DNA from: Candidatus Marinacidobacterium sp.
GTDB taxonomy: Bacteria; Acidobacteriota; Vicinamibacteria; Marinacidobacterales; Marinacidobacteraceae
Assembly (NCBI GenBank): GCA_965204755.1
Contig: OZ242011.1
Coordinates: forward strand, 1,536,001 to 1,600,000
Direction: 5' to 3'
DNA: 64,000 nt
Under the pieces are notes generated by a model. The model had not been told where the DNA came from and did not search any database. It saw only the letters and a list, made by a program, of their open reading frames with translations. Shown here in pieces: positions 39,732 to 49,836 of this stretch. The first letter of the stretch is position 1. Every line of letters starts with the position of its first letter. The position numbers and the translations under genes are program-made.

Positions 39732-39960
39732 CCGCCGGCCGACGACGAACCTGAGCGCCGGGCAGCGTTACCGCGGCAGCGCGGCGCTTCGGCTTCGCGC
39801 CGGACTGTCGAGAGACACCAACTCTTACGCAGTTGGGAGACACCAAGTTTTGCGCACCCGGAGGCGGCCGAAGGCAGGCGGGCCGCGGGCGGAGGAGGGG
39901 AAGGCCGGTCGGGGCGGGGGAGCGACAGGAACGGCGCCTCGCTGCCCGCCGCCTGGGACG

Positions 39961-40049
39961 GCGTTCGACCGCCACTGCCCCGCTTCCGGCTTCAGCGTAT
40001 GCGCCTCGTCCTGCAGTATCAGCAGCGGCTTGGCCTTCGCGCGGGCCTC
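39961..40049 (-). repeat. Inverted copy of 40509-40597 (Walker B segment of the adjacent ATPase)
   Basis: Encodes EARAKAKPLLILQDEAHTLKPEAGQW on the minus strand versus ...LLDEAHTLKPEVGQW on plus. Confidence 0.9.
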
Positions 40050-40112
40050 AGTCGCGCTCCTCGCCGGGCCCGACCCCGCGGCGCGGCTCTCCGTCCCTAT
40101 ACTCGGCGGGTC

Positions 40113-41255
40113 ATGTCGGAAGCCGGCGTCCGCAATCCGTTCCGGCCCGGCCACGGGGGGGCGCCCCCGTATCTCGCCGGGCGGGAGCCGGAGCAGGCGC
40201 TGTTCCGCGAGGTATCGGACGACCTGCGGAGCGGCGTTCCTGTTTCCCGTTCGCTCGTCGTCTACGGGCCGCGCGGCAACGGGAAGACTGCCCTGCTCCG
40301 ATGGGTGAAGCGGCAGGCCGCCGTGGACGAGGGGCTGGACGCCCATTGGCTGGTCGGGTCGGACATTCCGGCGCCGGCCGACTTCGTGGCCCGCTTGGGG
40401 CTCGGTTCCTGGCTGCGGAAGATCGCGCCGGAGAGCGTTTCGATTGCCGGGGTGGGGGTTTCGCTGCGGCGGGGCGACGATCGGCCGTTGTTGCTCGCGG
40501 AGGCGCTGGAGGCGCGCGCGAAGGCCAAGCCGCTGCTGATCCTGCTGGACGAGGCGCATACGCTGAAGCCGGAGGTGGGGCAGTGGCTGCTGAACGCCGC
40601 GCAGGCGGCGGGCAGCGAAGCGCCTTTCCTGTTGGTTCTCGCCGGGACGCCCGACCTGCGGGCTCGGCTTTCCGAAATGGAAGCATCTTTCTGGAACCGG
40701 GCCAGGCAACTCCCGCTCGGCCGGTTGGACGAGGCCGCCGCCGGGGAGGCGATTCGCCGGCCGCTGGCCGACGACGGGATCTGCATCGAGGACGAGGCGC
40801 TGGCGCGCATCGTTCGGGAGAGCCACGGGTATCCGTTCTTCGTCCAGTTGTGGGGGCGGGCGGCGTGGGACCGGGTGCGCGGGGCCGGCGGCGGAGCGGG
40901 CCGGGTGACGATGGCCGTCGTGGAGGAAGCCGCCGGCGCGTTCGAGGTCGAACGAAACCGCTACTACCTCGACCGGTTCCGGGAACTGGAGGAGCGGGAC
41001 TTGCTCCCGGCGGCGCGAGCGGTAGCGGCGGCGTTTCCGGAGGAGGGCCTGTTGATCCACGCCGCCTTCCGCCGGGCTGTCGGACGAAGCGCCGGTGACG
41101 GCCCCGGTCGCTCCGAGGCGAAAGCGCTCGAGCACCTCGGTTTCGTCCGGCAGGCGGGAGGGACGCCGAGTTGGGAGCCGGGGATTCCCAGCCTGATGGA
41201 CTACATCCTGGAATACGCGCCGCCGCCGGGCGACGACGAAGCCTTCGGCGGATAG
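40113..41255 (+). CDS. AAA+ ATP-binding protein (AAA_16-like)
   Basis: NPFRPG.G..PPYLAGRE, GPRGNGKT, LLDEAH, GYPFFVQLWG. Confidence 0.85.
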   Translation: MSEAGVRNPFRPGHGGAPPYLAGREPEQALFREVSDDLRSGVPVSRSLVVYGPRGNGKTALLRWVKRQAAVDEGLDAHWLVGSDIPAPADFVARLGLGSWLRKIAPESVSIAGVGVSLRRGDDRPLLLAEALEARAKAKPLLILLDEAHTLKPEVGQWLLNAAQAAGSEAPFLLVLAGTPDLRARLSEMEASFWNRARQLPLGRLDEAAAGEAIRRPLADDGICIEDEALARIVRESHGYPFFVQLWGRAAWDRVRGAGGGAGRVTMAVVEEAAGAFEVERNRYYLDRFRELEERDLLPAARAVAAAFPEEGLLIHAAFRRAVGRSAGDGPGRSEAKALEHLGFVRQAGGTPSWEPGIPSLMDYILEYAPPPGDDEAFGG

Positions 41256-41342
41256 CCGCTCCCGCGGACTGCCGTTCGGCGTTTCCATACTTGGCGCGTG
41301 ATATCGGTTCGACCGAACTCACTCGCTCCGGCCCGGGACCGA

Positions 41343-41437
41343 GAAGCCGCCTGCGTCGAGGGCCGCTGCTCCGTCCGCTGACCGCCGGCCGACGACGAAC
41401 CCGAACGCCGTTCGGCGTTACCGGGAGGGCGCGGCGC
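41343..41437 (+). repeat. Direct repeat of 39693-39787 (3' end of the lipoprotein gene)
   Basis: First 59 nt match with one mismatch. Confidence 0.9.
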
Positions 41438-41866
41438 AATGTAGGAGATCGAGACGCCGGCTTCGGGCTCCGGGATAGCGTCCCGCACCGTGGGACTTCC
41501 CGTTCAGATCGAACGGGTTGCCGGGAGTCGTGTCGCCGGGGGCGAATTCGACGAGGATGCGGTCGTCGTCCGTAACGGAAATCGCGCCCGCCGACCGGAG
41601 GGCATCGGGAGCATCGGCGCCGCCTCCGAGCGCTAACGCCGCAACCAACGACGAGCAGGCGAAAGCCAGTCGCCCGCGGTGACTCGAAAGGCGAGCGGGG
41701 GTGGCGGCAGGAGGGTGGGCACATCGAGTCTCCTTACGGTTCTCGCCACGGCGGCATATTCACGGCGGAGTCGGACCGCCCGGTCCCCGAGGCGGGCGTC
41801 CCCCTCGTCCGGCGCTGTCGATCGGCTGGAACGGCGCTCCCGCCGTGGCTTGCGACGAATTCGGCC

Positions 41867-43288
41867 TCACCAGGTAGTCGGCAGCCGCCGCGGCAACAGC
41901 ACCGTCGGGCGAGTGGACTCGAAATGGATGATGGCGTCGAACCAGTCCGGCATCGACGCCGGCGCGAAGTAGAAGTCCTCCGCCGGCCGGTCCGTGCCGA
42001 AGCAGCAGCCGATGTGGCGGAACCGGCGCGGTTCGGCCAGCCACTCGCCTCCGGGCTCGTCCGCGGTTCCGCGCAGGTCCAGCAGGAACCGCGGAGCGGA
42101 CGCGCCGCCGAGATACTCCTCGAAGGAGTTCGGAAGCGGCGGATCGAGTTCGAGTTCCCTCAGCCCGGAAAGACCCCGGGTCAGGCTGACCGCGGTGAAA
42201 CGGCCGCGTTCGTGGCTGAACCCGATGACCACCATGTCGTCGCCGAAGACCTCTCGCAGGTAGTGCCCCTGGGCCTCCGGCTGCGTCGAAACATGGAAGT
42301 TGTGCGCCCAGAGCACCATCCGACTCTCCGGCCCGATCCGCTCAGTGAGCCAGATCGTGTTGTCCGCCATGGATTCGTCCCGGAACTGTTCGCCGGTCGT
42401 CTGCCAGTGGTACTGGAGGGCGACGCGCATGCTCTGCCGGGCGATCGCGTAGGTGTCGGCGCCCCCCGCGATTTCGTACCGCTCCCGGTTCGCCTCCAAG
42501 ACTCCGCGCACCCCTTCGAGCGCCGCGCCGCACTCCGCGAGGTAGGCGTCCGTCTGGTTCCGATACCGGTCCGCCGGACGACTCCCGTCGGGTCCCTGGG
42601 CGAAACGATCGAGACAGTCGAGTTCGGCGGTTACGGCGGACAGCCGCGCCGGATCCACGAACCGGATGAACTCGCGCACGATGTGGAGAGGCATTCCCGG
42701 ATGGTTCATGTCCACTCCATGGAACCCGATGTCCCCGCCGGCTTCATTGTGCTCCCGCATCCATTCGATCATTTCGAGAACCGACTCCGTGTTCCAGGTC
42801 CAGTAGTAGAGCCCGGCCAACAGGACTGCGGAGTTGCCCTCCCCGGTGCGCACATAGCGGTCGATCCGCATCGCCTCCGGCCAGGAAGCCTCGATGGCGA
42901 AGGTGTCGAAGCCCATCTCTTCGACCAGGAACCGGAGGATGCGCGCCTTCATCTCGAAGAAATCCCGCGTGCCGTGCGTGTTCTCGCCGAGGGCCACGAT
43001 CCGGGCGTCGCCCACCAGGTCGCGCAGGAACTCGATATCCGTGTGCGGCAGCGACAGATGGGAGCCGTCGAACGGTTGGACATTGGCGTCGAGCCAGGCA
43101 GCCACTTCTTCGGGAACGGCGGCCGGCATCGGTGCTGTCGGTTCCTCCGTAGGCGGCGGGGTTGCCGGGGGCGGCGCCGCCGGGGTCGCCGGCGGCGTCG
43201 AGTCCTCTCCGCAACCCGAACCGAGGACGATGGCCGTGACCAGCGCGGCGGCGGGCCCGAGTCGCCGGGTGAATTGCCATGGCCTCAT
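41867..43288 (-). CDS. Erythromycin esterase family lipoprotein (copy 1)
   Basis: GSGC lipobox, LGENTHGT, FAIEA, WAHNFH, FDAIIHF. Confidence 0.9.
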   Translation of the reverse strand: MRPWQFTRRLGPAAALVTAIVLGSGCGEDSTPPATPAAPPPATPPPTEEPTAPMPAAVPEEVAAWLDANVQPFDGSHLSLPHTDIEFLRDLVGDARIVALGENTHGTRDFFEMKARILRFLVEEMGFDTFAIEASWPEAMRIDRYVRTGEGNSAVLLAGLYYWTWNTESVLEMIEWMREHNEAGGDIGFHGVDMNHPGMPLHIVREFIRFVDPARLSAVTAELDCLDRFAQGPDGSRPADRYRNQTDAYLAECGAALEGVRGVLEANRERYEIAGGADTYAIARQSMRVALQYHWQTTGEQFRDESMADNTIWLTERIGPESRMVLWAHNFHVSTQPEAQGHYLREVFGDDMVVIGFSHERGRFTAVSLTRGLSGLRELELDPPLPNSFEEYLGGASAPRFLLDLRGTADEPGGEWLAEPRRFRHIGCCFGTDRPAEDFYFAPASMPDWFDAIIHFESTRPTVLLPRRLPTTW

Positions 43289-43308
43289 GAGGTCTCCTCG
43301 ACGAACTG

Positions 43309-44757
43309 TCAGAAGGGAAGGATGACGGTCGGCCGGGTCGTTTCGAAGTGGACGATCACATCGAACCATTCTGCGAGCGGAGTGTCTTCCCAGAAATGAT
43401 CGGGGTGGTCCGGGTCGTAGCAGCAGCCGATGTGGCGGAAGGGGCGGGTCTCCGAGAGCCAGGAAGTCGCTGCGGAGTTCTCGTCGCGATTCCGAAGGTC
43501 GAGCATGAACCGGGGTGCGGACGCCCCTGACAGGTAGTGTTCGATCGAAGACTCGAGGGGAGTGTCGAGGTCGAAGGCAAGCAACTGTCCCGGATCGTGG
43601 AAGTGTTCGGAACCGACGAAGCGCGTGAACCAGCGGATCGCCGAGAATCGGCCCCTCTCGTGTGAGAAGCCGATGATCAACATGGCGTCCCCGAAGGTCT
43701 GGCGCAGGTGGAAACCTTGGGCCCCCGGCTGTGTGGAGATGTGGTAGTTGTGCGCCCAGAGAGCCATGCGGCCTTCCGGCCCGATCCTTCGGCTGATCCA
43801 CTCGACATTCTCGGCCATGAACTCGTCGCGTCTGGCCGATCGCTCATCTGGATCTTCGAAGTTGTCCCTGAGGTGGTACTGGTAGGCGACGCGAAGGCTC
43901 TGGAGCGCCACCTCGAAGGCGTCGGCGCCGCCGGCCGCCTCGTACCGGGTTCGGTTCTGCAAGAGCCAGTCGCGAACGCTGTCGAGGGAGGCGCCGCAGA
44001 GGTCCCGGTATGCCGCCGTCTGGTCTCCGTAATCCAGATTCGGGAAAATGCCGGAGTCGTTGTTCGCGAACACGGAGAGGCAACGGATCTGCTCCGAGAC
44101 GCGATCCGTATTCTCCGGATCCACTCGGCGCATGTAGTCGCGGACATTGCGGAGCGCCAGTCCCGGAAATTGCATATCGAATCCATGGAAGCCGATGTCT
44201 CCGCCGGCCTCGTTGTGGGCCCGCATCCACTCGATCATCTCCAGTACGGATTCCGTGTTCCAAGTCCAAAAATGGAGGTCGGCGAGCAGTCGCGCCGGAT
44301 CGCCTTCACCGGTGCGCACATAGCGGTCGAGCAGCCGGGCCTCCGGCCAGGTGGCTTCGATGGCGAAGGTGTCGAAACCCAACTCCTCGACCAGGAACCG
44401 GAGGATCCGCGCCTTCATTTCGAAGAAGTCGCGTGTGCCATGGGTTCCCTCCCCGAGGGACACGATCCGCGCATCGCCGACCAGTTCAGGCAGGAACTGC
44501 AGGTCGTCCGACGGCAGCGACAGATGCGAGCCATCGAAGGGGTGGACATTGGCGTCGAGCCAAGCCGCCACTTCGTCGGGGACGGGCCCGGGCTCCGGCG
44601 CATCCGGCGACGAGGTGCTCGGGGGCGGGGCGGGTGGACTGACCGGTGCAGCGGGACTTGCCGGCGCGGTCGCGTCCTGTCCGCACCCCGGCATTACGGT
44701 CAGCGCCCCGAACAGCGCGCTTTTCGCGCATACTCGCAACGAAAGAAACATCGCCAT
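43309..44757 (-). CDS. Erythromycin esterase family lipoprotein (copy 2)
   Basis: PGC, LGEGTHGT, FAIEA, WAHNYH; SD sequence AGGAGG. Confidence 0.9.
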   Translation of the reverse strand: MAMFLSLRVCAKSALFGALTVMPGCGQDATAPASPAAPVSPPAPPPSTSSPDAPEPGPVPDEVAAWLDANVHPFDGSHLSLPSDDLQFLPELVGDARIVSLGEGTHGTRDFFEMKARILRFLVEELGFDTFAIEATWPEARLLDRYVRTGEGDPARLLADLHFWTWNTESVLEMIEWMRAHNEAGGDIGFHGFDMQFPGLALRNVRDYMRRVDPENTDRVSEQIRCLSVFANNDSGIFPNLDYGDQTAAYRDLCGASLDSVRDWLLQNRTRYEAAGGADAFEVALQSLRVAYQYHLRDNFEDPDERSARRDEFMAENVEWISRRIGPEGRMALWAHNYHISTQPGAQGFHLRQTFGDAMLIIGFSHERGRFSAIRWFTRFVGSEHFHDPGQLLAFDLDTPLESSIEHYLSGASAPRFMLDLRNRDENSAATSWLSETRPFRHIGCCYDPDHPDHFWEDTPLAEWFDVIVHFETTRPTVILPF

Positions 44758-44929
44758 GCCCTCCTGCGTGCCGGCCGCGCCCCCGCCGGCGTGGCGGGGC
44801 GCGGTCTCGGATGTTGCCAAAGTGGGATGATCTCTTGCAAATGTCCGCCGAGACGGCTTGGGGCGGAGACCGACAGGCCCGGTTCGCCGGGTCGGGGGCC
44901 GGCCGACGGCGTCTACGCGGAGCGCGGGG

Positions 44930-46372
44930 TCAGAACTCGGCGGGCGGAAGCCAAGGCAACGGCACGGTCGGCCTCGTCGAGTCGAAGTGGACGACGGCGT
45001 CGTACTGCCGGGCGAGCGCCGTGCGCGACCAGAAATCTTCCGCCCTCGTCGGATCGAAAGCGTAAAAGATCGCGCGGAACGGGCGGGACTCGAAGAGCCA
45101 GCCGGACCCGGAGGCGTCCGGATCCGAGCCCCGCAGATCGAGGACGAACCGGGGCTCGGTCGCCGACTCGAAGTACGCCTCGAAGGCTCCCTCGACCGGC
45201 GGGTCGAGTTCGAGTTCGCCGTATCTGACATAGGAGGAACCCTCCAGTTCCGATCCCGCGAATCTGCCGCTCGCGTGACTGAACGCGACCGCGACCAACT
45301 CGCTGCCCGACGTGAACGGCCGGGAGAAGACGCTCCCGGCGCCGTGAGCCGAGATGTCCCAGTTGTGCGCCCAGACGACTGCCCGGCTTTCCGGGGCCAT
45401 CCGCTCGACGAGCCAGTCCAGGTTCTCCGCGATGGACTCGTCTCGTGTCTGCTCCCGCACCACCCAGAGGTGGTACTGGAATGCGACGCGATGGCTCCTC
45501 AGAGCGAGGGCGAACGCGTCCTCCCCGGCAGCGGCTTCGTACTCTTGCCGTTTCGAGACCAAGAGGGATCCTGCCTCTTCGAGCGATTCTCCGCAGTCGC
45601 TCCGGTAGATGTCCGTCTGGTCGCCGTAGTCCTCCTCCGGAAACCGTCCTCGGGGGTCGTTGGCGAAGCGCGAGAGACACTCCAGCCGCTCCGCCACGGC
45701 CGGCAGGTCGTCCGGGGCCGCCTCGCGGATGTACTCCCGCAGATCGTGGAGCGCCATTCCCGGATGCGCCATGTCTAGGCCGTGGAATCCGACGCGCCCG
45801 CCGTTCTCGTGGCGTCCGCGCATCCATTCGATCATTTCGAAGAACGCGTTCGTGCCTGGATTCCCGAGATACAGGCCGGAGAGAAGCCTCACCGGGTCGC
45901 GTTCTCCGGTTCGCAGATAGTGGTCGAGGCGGCGCGCCGCCGACCAGTGCGCATCCGTGACGAAGGTGTCGAAGCCCATCTCCTCGACCAGGAAGCGAAC
46001 TATTCGCGCCTTCATCTCGACGAACTCCTGGGTGCCGTAGGTGTTCTCGCCGAGGGCCACGAACCGGGCTTCGCCCACCAAGTCTCGGAGAAAGGCCAAG
46101 TCGTCGTTGGGTCGCGAGAGGTCGGTCGCGCCAATGGCGGTGACATTCGCATCGAGCCAGGCGCGTACTCCCGCCGGAACGGAAGGCGGCGCCGGCGAAG
46201 GACTCGACGGCGAGAGGGCCGGCGAGGCGGGCCCGGTCGCGTCCTGCCCGCAGTGCACGGCGAGGAGGCATACCGCGGCCGCGCCGGCGGCTCTTCGCCG
46301 CAGGGCGCGGGTCACCGCGTCACGCTTACGCCTGCCTTCCGGCAGGGGAGACATGTGCGGGACAGCGCTCAT
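44930..46372 (-). CDS. Erythromycin esterase family lipoprotein (copy 3, altered active site)
   Basis: AVHC, LGENTYGT, FVTDA, WAHNWD. Confidence 0.85.
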   Translation of the reverse strand: MSAVPHMSPLPEGRRKRDAVTRALRRRAAGAAAVCLLAVHCGQDATGPASPALSPSSPSPAPPSVPAGVRAWLDANVTAIGATDLSRPNDDLAFLRDLVGEARFVALGENTYGTQEFVEMKARIVRFLVEEMGFDTFVTDAHWSAARRLDHYLRTGERDPVRLLSGLYLGNPGTNAFFEMIEWMRGRHENGGRVGFHGLDMAHPGMALHDLREYIREAAPDDLPAVAERLECLSRFANDPRGRFPEEDYGDQTDIYRSDCGESLEEAGSLLVSKRQEYEAAAGEDAFALALRSHRVAFQYHLWVVREQTRDESIAENLDWLVERMAPESRAVVWAHNWDISAHGAGSVFSRPFTSGSELVAVAFSHASGRFAGSELEGSSYVRYGELELDPPVEGAFEAYFESATEPRFVLDLRGSDPDASGSGWLFESRPFRAIFYAFDPTRAEDFWSRTALARQYDAVVHFDSTRPTVPLPWLPPAEF

Positions 46373-46376
46373 CGGA

Positions 46377-47834
46377 TCACCAAGTGGTCGGGAGCCTCGT
46401 CGGGATCAGGGTCGTGGCCCGGGTGGACTCGAAGTGGATGATGGCGTCGTACCACTTCGTGAGCGGGATCCGGTCCCAGTACCGTTCCGGCGCCTCTTCG
46501 GAGTAGCAGGCTCCGCTATGTCGGAACAGGCGATTCTCGAACAGCCAGTCACTTCCAGGCTCACCCGCCGGCCGACGCAGGTCGAGCGCGAATCGAGGGG
46601 CGGCGGCTTCCTCGAAATAGAGTTCGTAGGAGTCCGGCACCGGCTGGTCGAGAGTGAACACTTGGAGTTCACCGCATCTCGGCCGGTCGCGTTCATGGAT
46701 TCGGGCAGTGAGTTGCCCGCCCCCGTGGCTGAAGCCGATCACGACCATATCGTCGCCGAACGCCAACCGCTGGTAGTAACCCTGGTCTCCCGGCCGTGTC
46801 GAGATATGGAAGTTGTGCGCCCAGAGCACCATCTTCCCCTCTGACCCGATCCGCTCGCTGAGCCAGATCGTGTTCTCCGCCATGGATGCATCGCGCGATT
46901 GTTCCCGGGTGGCGCGCAAGTGGTACTGGTAGGCGACTCGAAGAGCGTGAAGAGCAGTATCGAAAGCCTCTACTCCTCCGGCGGACTCGTATCGCTCCCG
47001 GTTCCCCTCCAAGTGCTCCCGCACCGACTCGAGCGAGGCGCCGCACTCGGCCAGGGCGGCCGCCGGCTGTGAATCGTAGCGGGGAGCCGGAGTCCGTCCG
47101 TCCGGCCCGTTCGCAAAGCGCGAGAGACAGTCGAGGTCTTCCGTCACCATCGCCAGGTGCGCCAGGTCCGCAAACCGCACGAACTCCCGCACCAGGTGGA
47201 GCGGCATTCCCGCGTGCTGCATGTCCACGCCGTGGAACCCGACATCCCCGCCGGCCTCGTTGTGTTCGCGCATCCACTCGATCATCTCGAGCACCGACTC
47301 CGTCGCCCAGGTCCAGAAGTAGAGCCCCGACAGCGCCATCGCGGAGTCGCCTTCACCCGTCCGCACATAGTGGTCCAAGCGCCGCGCCTCCGCCCAGGCG
47401 GCCTCGATGGCGAAGGTGTTGAATCCCATCTCCTCGACCAGGAAGCGGAGAATGCGCGCCTTCATCTCGAAGAAGTCCCGCGCGCCGTGTGTGTTCTCGC
47501 CGAGCGCCACGACCCGTGCGTCCCCGACCAGGTCGCGCAGGAACTCCAGGTCGTCGTGCGGCAGCGAGAGGTGGGAGCCGTCGAACGGCTCCACATTCGC
47601 GTCGAGCCAGACGCGCGCCGCCTCGGGAACGGCGCCTTCGCCCGGTGTTTCGGCTGGCGGCGGAACGGCCGGAGACGAGGGCGACGGCGCCACGGGCGAA
47701 GGCGCGTCCTCGCCGCAACCCGGCGCCCAGGTCAGCACCGCGGCGAGCGCCGCGCCGGCTCGGCAGCAGGCGGTCAGGCGTCTCCGGCGTTCGAGGGTCG
47801 GGAAGTCTCCGTCCGGCCCTCCACCTTCGCTCAC
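46377..47834 (-). CDS. Erythromycin esterase family lipoprotein (copy 4)
   Basis: APGC, LGENTHGA, FAIEA, WAHNFH; start uncertain. Confidence 0.88.
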   Translation of the reverse strand: MSEGGGPDGDFPTLERRRRLTACCRAGAALAAVLTWAPGCGEDAPSPVAPSPSSPAVPPPAETPGEGAVPEAARVWLDANVEPFDGSHLSLPHDDLEFLRDLVGDARVVALGENTHGARDFFEMKARILRFLVEEMGFNTFAIEAAWAEARRLDHYVRTGEGDSAMALSGLYFWTWATESVLEMIEWMREHNEAGGDVGFHGVDMQHAGMPLHLVREFVRFADLAHLAMVTEDLDCLSRFANGPDGRTPAPRYDSQPAAALAECGASLESVREHLEGNRERYESAGGVEAFDTALHALRVAYQYHLRATREQSRDASMAENTIWLSERIGSEGKMVLWAHNFHISTRPGDQGYYQRLAFGDDMVVIGFSHGGGQLTARIHERDRPRCGELQVFTLDQPVPDSYELYFEEAAAPRFALDLRRPAGEPGSDWLFENRLFRHSGACYSEEAPERYWDRIPLTKWYDAIIHFESTRATTLIPTRLPTTW

Positions 47835-47923
47835 GGCGTCAACCGTTCCATTCGGCGCGTCCGCGGCGCGCGGCTCCGACAACGGGTCGCCGACGGGACG
47901 ACGAGACCGGCGGCCGGTGGTCC

Positions 47924-49318
47924 TCACCAAGTGGTCGGCGGCCGATGCGGCAGGAGGGTGGTGGGCCGGGTGGACTCGAAGTGGATGATCGCGTCGTACC
48001 AGTCCGGGAGCGGCGTGTTCGGAGTGTAGAAGTCCTCCGGCTGCGCCGGATTGAAGCAGCAGCCGATGCTGCGGAACCGGCGCGGCTCCGTCAGCCAAGC
48101 GCTCCCGGACTCGCCCGGAGGCCGGCGCAAATCGAGTACGAAACGGGGCGCGGAGGCGGTGGCGAATATCGCTTCGAAAGAACCTTCAACCGGAGCGGGC
48201 AGTTCGAACTCGTCGCGTCCGGTAAAGCGCACTCCCGGTTGCCCGAAGTTCCCTTCGAATCCGACGGCGGTGAAACTTCCGGTTTCGTGACTGAAGCCGA
48301 TCACGACCATGGCGTCCCCGAACACCTGTCGTTGGTAGTAGCCTTGGGCGCCCGGCTCGGTCGAGACATGGAAGTTGTGCGCCCACAGCACTATCCGGCC
48401 TTCCGGCCCGATCCGCTCGCTGAGCCAGACCGTGTTCTCCGCCATGGATTCGTCCCGCCCCTGTTCCCCGACCACTTGCAGGTGGTACTGGTACGCCACC
48501 CGAAGACTCCGGAGCGCGATTTCGAGGGCGTCGGCTCCTCCCGCGGTTTCGTATCTCTCGCGGTTCGCCGTCAACCGTTCGCGAACACTTTCCAAGGACG
48601 CTCCGCACTCCGCCAGGTAGGCGGCGGTCCGGTCGCGATAGCGAGGCGTCGGGAATCTGCCATTCGGCCCGTTGGCGGAGCGGGTGAGGCAGTCCAGATC
48701 GTCGGTCACGGAATCCGACATCGCCGGGTCGGCGGAGCGGAAGAACTCCCGCACCAGATGGAGCGCCATTCCGGGGAACTGCATGTCCACGCCGTGGAAC
48801 CCGACATCTCCGCCGCCTTCGTTGTGGTCGCGCATCCACTCGATCATCTCCAGCACCGACTCCGTCTTCCAGGTCCAGAAATAGAGACCGGCCAACAGCA
48901 CGGCGGGGTCGCCGACGCCCGTGCGCACATAGGTGTCCAGGCGGCGCGCTTCCGGCCAAGTCGCTTCGATGGCGAAGGTGTCGAAGTCCATCTCCTCGAC
49001 CAGGAAGCGGAGGATCCGCGCCTTCATCTCGAAGAAATCCCGAGTTCCGTGGGTGTTCTCTCCGAGCGCCACGATCCGGGCGTCCCCCACCAGGTCGCGC
49101 AGGAAGTCCAGGTCGTCGTGCGGCAGGGAGAGGTGGGAGCCGTCGAACGGCTCCACATTCGCGTCGAGCCAAGCGCCGTAGGCCGCCGGCGACGGAGGGG
49201 GCGGCGGCAGAGGGGTGGCCGGCGCGCGGGGTGTGGCCGCGTTCTCGCCGCACGCGAACGAGCCCAGCGCCGGAAGGAGAAACCACGCCACGATCATCGG
49301 CCGCATCGGGATTCGCAT
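47924..49318 (-). CDS. Erythromycin esterase family lipoprotein (copy 5)
   Basis: SFAC, LGENTHGT, FAIEA, WAHNFH. Confidence 0.9.
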   Translation of the reverse strand: MRIPMRPMIVAWFLLPALGSFACGENAATPRAPATPLPPPPPSPAAYGAWLDANVEPFDGSHLSLPHDDLDFLRDLVGDARIVALGENTHGTRDFFEMKARILRFLVEEMDFDTFAIEATWPEARRLDTYVRTGVGDPAVLLAGLYFWTWKTESVLEMIEWMRDHNEGGGDVGFHGVDMQFPGMALHLVREFFRSADPAMSDSVTDDLDCLTRSANGPNGRFPTPRYRDRTAAYLAECGASLESVRERLTANRERYETAGGADALEIALRSLRVAYQYHLQVVGEQGRDESMAENTVWLSERIGPEGRIVLWAHNFHVSTEPGAQGYYQRQVFGDAMVVIGFSHETGSFTAVGFEGNFGQPGVRFTGRDEFELPAPVEGSFEAIFATASAPRFVLDLRRPPGESGSAWLTEPRRFRSIGCCFNPAQPEDFYTPNTPLPDWYDAIIHFESTRPTTLLPHRPPTTW

Positions 49319-49836
49319 TTGCTCGCGCTCCTCGGATCCCTCGGAGCCCTGCCGCTCGGGTACGGGCTGGATCCGGCTACCGACTGTAACACCCTGTCGT
49401 CGCCACGCGATCTTCGCGACGCGCGGCCGGTCGCCGAGCCCGCTCAACCCGCTCGCACGCCGTCCGCAGACGGCTCGGCGGAGCGCCACCGCCGCCTTCC
49501 GCCCGAGTCGAGACCGGCAGCGTCCGGTTCCTCCGGATGCTGTCCGGCCGACTCCCGCGACTCGCGTGCCGATCCCTTCCCGGTGCATCCCTGATCGCGA
49601 GATCCCGGAAGCCCGCCGCCCCCCATGAGCGGCGCCGTCCTTCTCGCTGCTCGGCGGCCGAGCCCACGAGCCCGGAACCGCGCCTTGGCAGTGACGGCCG
49701 GGTCGTCGTCGACGCCTCCGGCGGAGGTTCATCGTCCCCGACGCCCTGCCCACATAATCCGCCACGAACCGCCGGACGCGTAGAGTTCGAGTCCCTCCGC
49801 TACCAGATCAATCCGCCCGTCCGGCCACACCTGTTC

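Noticed and set aside
39812-39846. GAGACACCAA direct repeat x2
   Set aside because: Only two short copies with no supporting context
41418-41730. Short minus-strand ORF (DDRILVEFAPGDTTPGNPFDLNGK)
   Set aside because: Looks like an N-terminal fragment of a secreted-protein gene, but no family can be supported
41867-49318. Repeated DNA blocks as a DGR or CRISPR array
   Set aside because: They are paralogous coding sequences; no reverse transcriptase, cas genes or adenine-specific variation seen
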